In this document: one piece after another, positions 53,674-61,930 of the stretch | Numbering within the stretch: the stretch's first letter is position 1 | Layout: every line of letters starts with the position of its first letter | Virus record (IMG/VR): IMGVR_UViG_3300009788_000087 | Reading direction: 5' to 3' (one strand) | DNA length: 64,000 bases | Source: a virus | The notes under the pieces: generated by a model | The model's input: only the letters and a program-made list of their open reading frames with translations | What the model was told of the DNA's origin: nothing | Database searches by the model: none | Translations under genes and position numbers: made by a program

Positions 53674-56600
53674 TTAGCATACCTCGATGTGCGAATATCT
53701 TTCCTTATCAGAGGATATATCAATATTGTTATCAACCATGTCTTTAAGTGCGTCGATGTGGCTGATAATAATCACGTGATCAAATACTGACCGTAAGTAG
53801 TCGAACATTTTGCTCACGTTGTCCATATTCTTTGGGTCAAGCTTACCAAATCCCTCATCGATTATGAACATGTTCGTCTTTGGGAGATTCGTTATACTAA
53901 GAAGAGCAGTTCTTATTGCAATGGATGCTAACTCACGCTCTGCTCCACCACCTAATTCTAGCAGTCGACCTCTATAGTCACCGTACTGAAGGAAGAGTCT
54001 TATTGACTGCTCTTCTGCGTCATGTTCAATGAAGACATTGAAGTCAGCTACTGCAGACAGGATCTTATTGATCTCGTCATTTATCATCGGCAGTTTTTCT
54101 ACAAGGATCTGGTATGCAATACCGTATTTGCCCATTGCATCTAGATAATGTTCATATGCATCACAGAGAGTTCTAATCTCCTTGAGAGACTCGATCTCGC
54201 TCTTGATATGTTTGATTACGTTTTCTTTAGCACCCAATTTCTTGCTATATTGCAAACGCCTGTCATTATGTCCTGATCTGAGTTTTTCCTGCTCAGAAAG
54301 GAGAGCAAAACGTGCTGCAATGTCAGCGTCGATTTCTTTATTCTTAGCAATTGCCTCTTGATTTTCTTCGTATCGATTTAAGTCAGCCTCTGCATCTTCA
54401 ATCTTTTTCTTTTCGCTCTCAATCTTAAGCTTAGTATTTTCGATTGATAGTTCGAATTGTCGAATTAGATTTCGATCTTTCTTTGCAGATGACACTTTAT
54501 GCATGTATTCGTTGTATTTAGACTCAAAATCTTCCTTCTCTCTATTCTTTACTTCTATATTGAGAGCAGTCATCTTCTTAGTCAATGATACAATTAGCTT
54601 CTTCTGCTCTTTGATCTTCGTTTTCTTATCAACAGCAGTTATGAGGAATTGACACTTTGGGAACTTATCGCCACATGGGACTTTCTTCAAGATTGCTACA
54701 TCTTCTTCCCAGCGATCTAGTCTCTGTTGTTCCTTAGCCAGTTCATCTCGTATATCATCATACGAAGCTCTCAGCTCCTCCAGTCCACTCAGAGACTCTC
54801 TAATCTCCTCTATATTGGTCCCCTCAATCTCCAATTCAAGCTCACCGATATACTCTAGTACACTCGTGCGCTTGTCTATGCGCTCATTGAGCTCTTGCTC
54901 TAGTGTGCTCTTCTCTGATTCGGCAGCTAGTAACTTATCTTTTACTTCATGTACGTCAATATTCCATGTAATCTTATCCTTGCTCTCACGTAGACATGCG
55001 ATCTCATCACGGAGAGCTTCTATCTCTGCATCACACAGATCGATGTGAACCTCACAGTCAAGAATCTTCTCATCAACAACCTGAGACTCTACTGTTTCCA
55101 TGGCTAGCACATCTTCTAGGTTGCCATCCTCAAAATCTTTCAATCTCGTGAGATGTTCCTTGCTCTCATCTTTTGCCATCCTTCCCTTCTGCTCGAACAT
55201 GTCAAGGTCCATGAATCTAGAAAGAATCTTCCTCCTGTCAGTCTCCTTGCATTTTACGATGTCATGTTCACGCCCTTGTTCTAGGAATGACGTGAGCAGA
55301 AAGTCTTCGTGACTACCGAGCATTCTCCTAATATTTCGTTCGGTCTCTGACCTGAGAGTTCCATTTAGTGATCGAGTCGTCTCATCTTTGTTGATCTTGA
55401 AGAGATTAAGTGATGTCTTTCCCCACTCTTTTTCCTCGTCAAGCTTTCGCTTACCGTACTTAATGCGTTCAATCGTTCTCTCAATAACGTATGTCTCATC
55501 GCCCACGGAAACCTGAGCTACCATGTGTGCGTTTTCCTTGTTATCATTAATGAGAAAGATATTCTTTGAAACACTTTTCGTTGTTCTATCAAAGAGTGTC
55601 TCAGTTATAATATCAATGAGTGATGATTTTCCTGAAGAGTTTGGAGCGAATATTCCTGTCACACCTTTTAGTTTCTTTAGATCAATGAAGTTCCCATCAC
55701 CGTAGTTGAACATGTTATTCCAAGCAATTGTATCAAGCTTCCAGTGAGAGTCACGCAACACATCTTCATTCTTTTCGAGGTGTGCTTGGTGTCTTCTATT
55801 AAGTTCAAGTATCTTGTCCATTACTTCATTTGTTAGTTTACGATCTTCAAGGTACTTGCGGAGAAGTCGTTCCTGTATCTTTTGGTCACGAAGGTTCTCC
55901 ATCTTAATGGATTTGCCAGTGACTGTCTTGTATTCTTGTCTGCCAATATTCTTGGCAGCAAGAGAGATGATGTCAAATGGATCGAATTTCTTTCTTACTT
56001 CCTTCTCAAATGCCTGCTGTTCTACTAGCGTATACTGCTTAGGGGAAATTATACGAATGCGAGAATTTGATTCAATGTCCTCTTTAGGTAAACTAAGATC
56101 TTCATTCAATCTGATAGTGTAAAATTTTCTCGAACCACCGAGCTGAACGTGTCGAACATTGAAAGAGTTCTTCCCTGCAATATCCCACACAAGAAAACCC
56201 TTATCTGGCTCTTCACCAAAATTCTGTTGAATGAGAGAGCCAGCATATGCAATACGACCAGCACTATCCATAAATTGATGCTTGTGGATATCACCCAATA
56301 GAACAAAATCCAGACCATTGAATATCGAAAGGTCTGTATCTGCTTCTGACATTCTCCACCCAATGTCTGTCTCTGACCTGAGCAGTGAACCGTGATAAAG
56401 TCCTATGTTTATATCTTTCCTATCACTCCAATCATTTGGTTTAGGAAAATTATCTTGATCTGCGCAGCTAAATATCCACAGGCCAGCATCCTGATATTTG
56501 TGTCCAAGTTCATATAGACCAGATCCACTGTGCAGCACGATTGGATATGCTGTATTGCCTTGAATGCTATCCACGATGGGAGATATCGCATCCTTCCTAT

Positions 56601-56862
56601 TCGGATTCACGAGGTTTAGATCGTGATTACCAAGAAGAATGTGGTACGGTGCGTATGATGCAACAGCTCTGATGTGTTCAGAACACATATCAACGAATTC
56701 AGGAGATATCTGGGTTTTCGTGTGCGCCGTATCGCCTGTATTTATGACGAGATCTGGTCGAAGCTCATCTAGCTTCTCATAGAAATTATCGAATACCTTC
56801 CTGTAATCAGAGTGGTATTTTAAATTCCTGATATGGATATCGGATACATGAACTATCCTCAT
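53674..56862 (-). CDS. Fused SbcD/Mre11 (gp47) nuclease and SbcC/Rad50 (gp46) ATPase
   Basis: SDIH, GDTAH, GNHD, LGDIH; APNSSGKSS; long coiled coil; LGGGAE; IIDEGFG.LD; ISH. Confidence 0.93.
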   Translation of the reverse strand: MRIVHVSDIHIRNLKYHSDYRKVFDNFYEKLDELRPDLVINTGDTAHTKTQISPEFVDMCSEHIRAVASYAPYHILLGNHDLNLVNPNRKDAISPIVDSIQGNTAYPIVLHSGSGLYELGHKYQDAGLWIFSCADQDNFPKPNDWSDRKDINIGLYHGSLLRSETDIGWRMSEADTDLSIFNGLDFVLLGDIHKHQFMDSAGRIAYAGSLIQQNFGEEPDKGFLVWDIAGKNSFNVRHVQLGGSRKFYTIRLNEDLSLPKEDIESNSRIRIISPKQYTLVEQQAFEKEVRKKFDPFDIISLAAKNIGRQEYKTVTGKSIKMENLRDQKIQERLLRKYLEDRKLTNEVMDKILELNRRHQAHLEKNEDVLRDSHWKLDTIAWNNMFNYGDGNFIDLKKLKGVTGIFAPNSSGKSSLIDIITETLFDRTTKSVSKNIFLINDNKENAHMVAQVSVGDETYVIERTIERIKYGKRKLDEEKEWGKTSLNLFKINKDETTRSLNGTLRSETERNIRRMLGSHEDFLLTSFLEQGREHDIVKCKETDRRKILSRFMDLDMFEQKGRMAKDESKEHLTRLKDFEDGNLEDVLAMETVESQVVDEKILDCEVHIDLCDAEIEALRDEIACLRESKDKITWNIDVHEVKDKLLAAESEKSTLEQELNERIDKRTSVLEYIGELELEIEGTNIEEIRESLSGLEELRASYDDIRDELAKEQQRLDRWEEDVAILKKVPCGDKFPKCQFLITAVDKKTKIKEQKKLIVSLTKKMTALNIEVKNREKEDFESKYNEYMHKVSSAKKDRNLIRQFELSIENTKLKIESEKKKIEDAEADLNRYEENQEAIAKNKEIDADIAARFALLSEQEKLRSGHNDRRLQYSKKLGAKENVIKHIKSEIESLKEIRTLCDAYEHYLDAMGKYGIAYQILVEKLPMINDEINKILSAVADFNVFIEHDAEEQSIRLFLQYGDYRGRLLELGGGAERELASIAIRTALLSITNLPKTNMFIIDEGFGKLDPKNMDNVSKMFDYLRSVFDHVIIISHIDALKDMVDNNIDISSDKERYSHIEVC

Positions 56863-57830
56863 ACACGAGCTTTCAATCTCAACGCTTGAATTTGATTGTG
56901 TACCCAGAATGCAGTGTGTTTCGCGTGTTTAAACTGTCCACGCGTCATGTCGCCTACATCTAACGCATCATGTTTTTCTACTTCGATCAAACCGACTGGC
57001 ACTCCATAGCTCATAAATAGTTCCATTAACTTCATCTGCTTTGCTCTAGCGTCTGCATCTAAAGCCAAATAAACAGGTTCTTTCGATGTTACAATTTTCG
57101 CAAAAAGCAATGAATCCTCGTTTAGGATTGTACCTTGCAATGGTACTGAATTCTCTGCGACGAACGAGTCAAATGGTCCTTCAACAAGGGTAACTGGCTC
57201 GTCCCAATCTACTAGATAGTCATTGAATATTATGTTCTTGTCAAAGTTACCATGCTTGTAGGACAGTCCTGCCCAATCATAGAATTTTCTTCCTACGAAG
57301 AAGTTAAGATCTCCTCCACTATCGAATGAAGGAATGATGATTCGCCCTTTGTACGGACCTTCAAGACAATATCCTAGCTTATATCGTAGAATATCTTTAT
57401 TCGATATTCCTCTGTCTTGAACATACCGTACCGCATGTAATCTATACGGGCAATCGGTTGTGATGCTTCTTGAAAGAGACCTGAACTCTGCTGGGAGAGT
57501 GGGGACGTCATATTCTTCCGATGCTCTATCTCTAGAATCTTTCGCATCTTTTCTTCCAATGTTTTCTGCATACTTGTCAGCTTCTTCATTTCGTCCTTTA
57601 AAATACAAAAGTGGCTTAAGGTTAAATCCCTTGAAACCACACACCCAACAGTTAAAATTATCAGTCTTTATGTTAACGCTTAGTTTAGCTTTATGGTGTT
57701 GATGTTTCGGGCAGAAGAAAATGCATTCATCACCTTTTCGAAATTCTTCATGACCTAAAATTGATCGAAGCGCTTCTAGCTTTCTTGCTGATCGCATGCG
57801 TGCTTTAAGTAACCAGCACGAGCCACGCAA
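56859..57830 (-). CDS. DNA primase (zinc finger + TOPRIM)
   Basis: CPKH..H..FNCWVC; IIPSFD; LVEGPFD; LALDADA. Confidence 0.9.
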   Translation of the reverse strand: MRGSCWLLKARMRSARKLEALRSILGHEEFRKGDECIFFCPKHQHHKAKLSVNIKTDNFNCWVCGFKGFNLKPLLYFKGRNEEADKYAENIGRKDAKDSRDRASEEYDVPTLPAEFRSLSRSITTDCPYRLHAVRYVQDRGISNKDILRYKLGYCLEGPYKGRIIIPSFDSGGDLNFFVGRKFYDWAGLSYKHGNFDKNIIFNDYLVDWDEPVTLVEGPFDSFVAENSVPLQGTILNEDSLLFAKIVTSKEPVYLALDADARAKQMKLMELFMSYGVPVGLIEVEKHDALDVGDMTRGQFKHAKHTAFWVHNQIQALRLKARV

Positions 57831-58327
57831 TATGCATCGGCCATGTCATAGCAATATGGTTGTGGATTACCATTTCTAGTCTCAACATATTTAAATTCAG
57901 GTACGATTTCCCTTACAAAGTCAAGAGTAAGCTTTTTCTTATTACTACCCTTTGGTATAATTAGGCCATCTCTTTTCATCGTCGCCTTCACTGTAGAAGG
58001 GTGGAGCATAATAGGTTCATTAAGTCCACTAAAGTGATACCACATCCACGATACTATTCCATTGAATGCCGCAAGCTTCATAATTGTCTGCTGTGATGTT
58101 CTACCACCAGAGAACCCTGATAACTTATCTTCTACAAAGATGTGTGTGAAACTGTCATCTAGACAACGGTCAACATCATGAAGATAACCTTCGACAGCTT
58201 TGGCTTTAGTCATGAGTGACTTATCGACTTTTCTCAAATCGATATAGTTAGCTGCATAGAATGACCCATCATCATTAAGGTAACACACACCCGTAATGGA
58301 TGTTGAAACGTCTAAACCAACTATCAT
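57776..58327 (-). CDS. RuvC-like Holliday junction resolvase
   Basis: GLDVSTSITG, FVED, DMADAY. Confidence 0.85.
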   Translation of the reverse strand: MIVGLDVSTSITGVCYLNDDGSFYAANYIDLRKVDKSLMTKAKAVEGYLHDVDRCLDDSFTHIFVEDKLSGFSGGRTSQQTIMKLAAFNGIVSWMWYHFSGLNEPIMLHPSTVKATMKRDGLIIPKGSNKKKLTLDFVREIVPEFKYVETRNGNPQPYCYDMADAYCVARAGYLKHACDQQES

Positions 58328-59211
58328 TAGAAATCCAATTTGAGCCGGACGTTAATTTTATCCCGCTCTCGATTTCTAACTGGCTGTGCGAGTTTTGCGA
58401 TGCCGACCAACTTACGCTCTTTGTTATAGAGACCTACTGCAGTTACATAGGTGGTCGGATTGTCTCTTATAACACGTAGCTTATTGGATCCAGAGTCAAA
58501 AGTTGTGAAAGATGAATTATTCGATGCATTTGTTGCAGCGCCGTTAATACGACACATGAATACCTTAGTCGGCACTCGTTGTTGGCCGGCGAATGACACT
58601 CGTAGTAAGTCATTTGGCATTTGTGAACTCGGATTGACCTCTCCAAAATTCAGTAAAGCTGGATCCCTGATGACGATAAGACCCTCACTGTAAAATACAT
58701 TGCCAACTTTATTCCAATGCACACCTCTATAGTTTTCTTTATCTGCCGGGAAAGATGCAGAAGTTGCAGAACCTGATAGATATAGTCCACCTCTACCATC
58801 ATCAACGAGAATTCTCTGGATTGACTGGGAGAGAAATGAGTTACACTCTAGACGAACACTACCTGTAGCGATTGCTCGTCCATAGTATAAACTTGGGATA
58901 TGAACAACTCGAAATTCATTAATAGTTGCTTGTGATGATGGGATTAACTTCTTCTGTGTTATAAAATCCGCATTGTCATTTGGTGTCCATATTGGTCTCT
59001 GAGAAGAATTAAAGTTTTGCAATCTTCCATGTAATGATGAGCCATCTGGCGCATAATTAAACGCACCGGAGCCTGCTGCTCTTCCATGCAGGATCGACTT
59101 GGGTCCATCATTTAATCGTGCATATACAAGCAACCTTGAATCAGATCCACTTAAAACAAGTGTTCTATCAAACTTGATGACATCTCCGAAAAAGTACGAT
59201 TGTATGCCCAA
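58327..59211 (-). CDS. Baseplate/tail-collar-like structural protein
   Basis: C-terminal YVTAVGLYN..LVGIAKLAQPV, paralogous to 60120..61145. Confidence 0.55.
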   Translation of the reverse strand: MGIQSYFFGDVIKFDRTLVLSGSDSRLLVYARLNDGPKSILHGRAAGSGAFNYAPDGSSLHGRLQNFNSSQRPIWTPNDNADFITQKKLIPSSQATINEFRVVHIPSLYYGRAIATGSVRLECNSFLSQSIQRILVDDGRGGLYLSGSATSASFPADKENYRGVHWNKVGNVFYSEGLIVIRDPALLNFGEVNPSSQMPNDLLRVSFAGQQRVPTKVFMCRINGAATNASNNSSFTTFDSGSNKLRVIRDNPTTYVTAVGLYNKERKLVGIAKLAQPVRNRERDKINVRLKLDF

Positions 59212-60092
59212 ACTTTAGCGTCGAACATATAACCATGAAAAGTTTGAACCGTGTCACCTAAGCTAAAAAGACGTAAGCTCTCTGTTATTTCTGGTACAGG
59301 TAACGTTAGACTGCTAGTTGATCTGACACCAGCATCAACCATGTCGATTGTAAAGCTACCAGTATTATTTGAAACCCTAAATGCAACATGTTGCCAGCGA
59401 TCTCTTGTCACAGAGAAAGACGATGTTAGATTAATTGTTGCATCATCATCATTATTGAAAAACCCAAGTCTTCCATTTGATCCAGTGATGTAGAATCTCC
59501 ACTTCATCATAGTGGAATTAACAGTCATAGCCATGATTGTGTAGTCGTTATTACTACCACTAATCGATAGTGGTTTAATCATGGCTTCGATAGTATATGA
59601 TGCAGTCATCGTAGAGAAATCAGGGCCATCACCGAATGTTACTATATTCTGTGTACTCGGTTCAGAATACAACATGTAGTAATCATATGATGCAGTCGTA
59701 TAATCTACACTTACTTTCTCGTAGTAATCATATAAATTGAGGATTGGCCTAAAGTGCTCATCTCCCCAAAAACTATCATGTTGTTCTGTGTTTTTATCAA
59801 CAGCACGATTAACTACTTGAACATATGATACAGATCCAGTAAATGGATATGATGCACTGATCTGAACTTTCCCATCAATCGTATACGTATCCAGATTGTA
59901 GGTCGGCTGGATCGTTAGATCGGTACCAGTAGTTTCTCTTGAGCGGATACCCCCATAGAGACTTATGGAACCAGATGTGCCAACGCTGCCACGCCAACCA
60001 GCTGTTCCTGATGCTAATATTACCTTTGGACTTGTGTTAAGATTATAGTGAACAATGTCCGCAGGTCCAAATTTGTGGTAAACTGCCATCAA
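59151..60092 (-). CDS. LamG-containing structural protein
   Basis: YTIEAMIK; RWQHVAF; FHGYMFDAKVW. Confidence 0.6.
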   Translation of the reverse strand: MMAVYHKFGPADIVHYNLNTSPKVILASGTAGWRGSVGTSGSISLYGGIRSRETTGTDLTIQPTYNLDTYTIDGKVQISASYPFTGSVSYVQVVNRAVDKNTEQHDSFWGDEHFRPILNLYDYYEKVSVDYTTASYDYYMLYSEPSTQNIVTFGDGPDFSTMTASYTIEAMIKPLSISGSNNDYTIMAMTVNSTMMKWRFYITGSNGRLGFFNNDDDATINLTSSFSVTRDRWQHVAFRVSNNTGSFTIDMVDAGVRSTSSLTLPVPEITESLRLFSLGDTVQTFHGYMFDAKVWAYNRTFSEMSSSLIEHLF

Positions 60093-60102
60093 TTCATGAC
60101 GT

Positions 60103-60109
60103 CTAAATA
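60103..60109 (-). promoter_or_regulatory. Candidate late-promoter motif TATTTAG
   Basis: In a 27-nt gap upstream of 60092. Confidence 0.4.
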
Positions 60110-60119
60110 AATTTAAAGT

Positions 60120-61145
60120 TCAGTAATCCAATCTTATACGAAAAATTGCTTCAGTATCTGGGCTTTTTGTAATTGGTTTGTTGACTTTCGCAGCTGCAAG
60201 GAGATTATCATTTGGATCATAAAGACCAATTGTCGTGATATATGTCCTTGTCTGAAGGATATTGCTGCCAGATGTCACCCTGATTCTTTGTTCTGCGTCA
60301 ATGAACGTTGAGTTACTAGAATAATTGAACTCCGTATTCGTTGCTCTTGCGAAGTAAATCGTTGAGTGTAGGTTTGTCTGGTTGTGTAGATCCTTGCGTT
60401 CAATGTGTTCACGTAAACCGTCAACCAATGAGTCGATTGAAGATGATGCTTGAGCACCTTGTAGTGATACAGAACCTGTCCATGCAGCTACACCATTTTG
60501 AGTAATAGATGAATCCCATACGGTAGATGTAGGAAGAACAATCACTCCAGCATTATACCAAACCTGACCGACTTCATTACCAGAAGAACCGCTGATCTTC
60601 AACGGAGCATATTCGCCGCCGACATCTTGCTTGAAAGATGTTACTGCACCTTCGTCAGAAGCTGTATACTGTGCGACACCTGACTCTGCTAGATCTGTGT
60701 TGATCGTTAAAGCAATCGTACCTTTCTTAAGTTCATCTTTGTGGATGTTCCTCTTAAAAGCAATGAAGAATATCTCACTTCTTTCTGAACCAGCGACAGT
60801 GAATAATGAATCTCTATTTCCAAGAAGTGTTGAAGCAAAATGTCTGTACATCTTGATCTTCTCATTCTGAGAACTAGCTGCTGCTAGGTTTTGATTGAAT
60901 GACGAGCCAGTCGCGTAACCAAATGTCATATCAAACAATGGAGTACTCAATGAACTCGTTGGCGACGCGTCATATGCTGTCTGCCAATATCCACCAAGCT
61001 TTGTTGATGAACCAGATGAAATGTTATCGAAGAATTTGATGTTCTCCTCAACAGAATAAATCGATCCTGAGACCGCAATTACCTCATTTACAAATGAAAC
61101 GATTGACGCTACGTCGTTAGCTAAATCGAACTTCTTAAACGACAT
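60120..61145 (-). CDS. Baseplate/tail-collar-like structural protein
   Basis: NTEFNYSSN; YITTIGLYD..LLAAAKVNKPITKS. Confidence 0.55.
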   Translation of the reverse strand: MSFKKFDLANDVASIVSFVNEVIAVSGSIYSVEENIKFFDNISSGSSTKLGGYWQTAYDASPTSSLSTPLFDMTFGYATGSSFNQNLAAASSQNEKIKMYRHFASTLLGNRDSLFTVAGSERSEIFFIAFKRNIHKDELKKGTIALTINTDLAESGVAQYTASDEGAVTSFKQDVGGEYAPLKISGSSGNEVGQVWYNAGVIVLPTSTVWDSSITQNGVAAWTGSVSLQGAQASSSIDSLVDGLREHIERKDLHNQTNLHSTIYFARATNTEFNYSSNSTFIDAEQRIRVTSGSNILQTRTYITTIGLYDPNDNLLAAAKVNKPITKSPDTEAIFRIRLDY

Positions 61146-61159
61146 TTTCTATTTTACTC

Positions 61160-61876
61160 CTAGCTCGTTGCAAACTCGGTGATAGTGACACCAATTTTAA
61201 TGTTCATGCCTGATTGCTGTCCAGTAACGACAATATTTGCACTAATCGTCCTAGGCTTAGTAACGCTTGCGCCAACCAAAGTGTCAAATGCTTCAGTTGT
61301 TAATGTCTGTACGCGAAGATTGAACTTGAGTTCAGTTCCACCTGCCGATGTCACTCTTCCTGGTACAGCAGCAACGATATACTGTGCTGTGCCAAATGGT
61401 GAGATCGATACTGGGATCTCATCATGTACAAAGAGAAGATCATTGTCAACTTCAATTGAATAGTTTACGTCGATAATCTCTGCTGGCAAGACTGTCTGAG
61501 ACCTTGAAATATCTTGGCTGACGATCACGTCAACACCACCGCCGACAGAGTCTGTCTGTTCCTTAAGACTGATAGTTGTTGGTTTGGACGTGAACTTGGG
61601 CAAGAACTGCAGTCTAGCATTTCTGATCGTTATGAGCGGATTCCTGAGAGCAATGTTCTCATTTGTGAATGCTTCGAATATTGGAGTATCGAGGATCTTA
61701 CGATCTTTTGAGTCAGAACCAGTAAGTTCATTCCAGAACCTATAGTCTATCTCGTCGTCGCCCAGTCTAAAAGCAACAATCTCGAAACTTCCGTCGTTTC
61801 TTGCAAGTTTCTCACGACCCAAGTCTGTGAGGACTGCGTCGATGAAGATCTGCCCAGAATTGTCTTGAAAACCCAT
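61160..61876 (-). CDS. Conserved structural protein (baseplate-like)
   Basis: IDAVLTDLGREKLA..FRLGDDEIDY. Confidence 0.5.
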   Translation of the reverse strand: MGFQDNSGQIFIDAVLTDLGREKLARNDGSFEIVAFRLGDDEIDYRFWNELTGSDSKDRKILDTPIFEAFTNENIALRNPLITIRNARLQFLPKFTSKPTTISLKEQTDSVGGGVDVIVSQDISRSQTVLPAEIIDVNYSIEVDNDLLFVHDEIPVSISPFGTAQYIVAAVPGRVTSAGGTELKFNLRVQTLTTEAFDTLVGASVTKPRTISANIVVTGQQSGMNIKIGVTITEFATS

Positions 61877-61930
61877 GATATCAAACTCCGCGGGAACCTA
61901 CGTTCCCCATAATTATGGTTCTTTTTCCTT

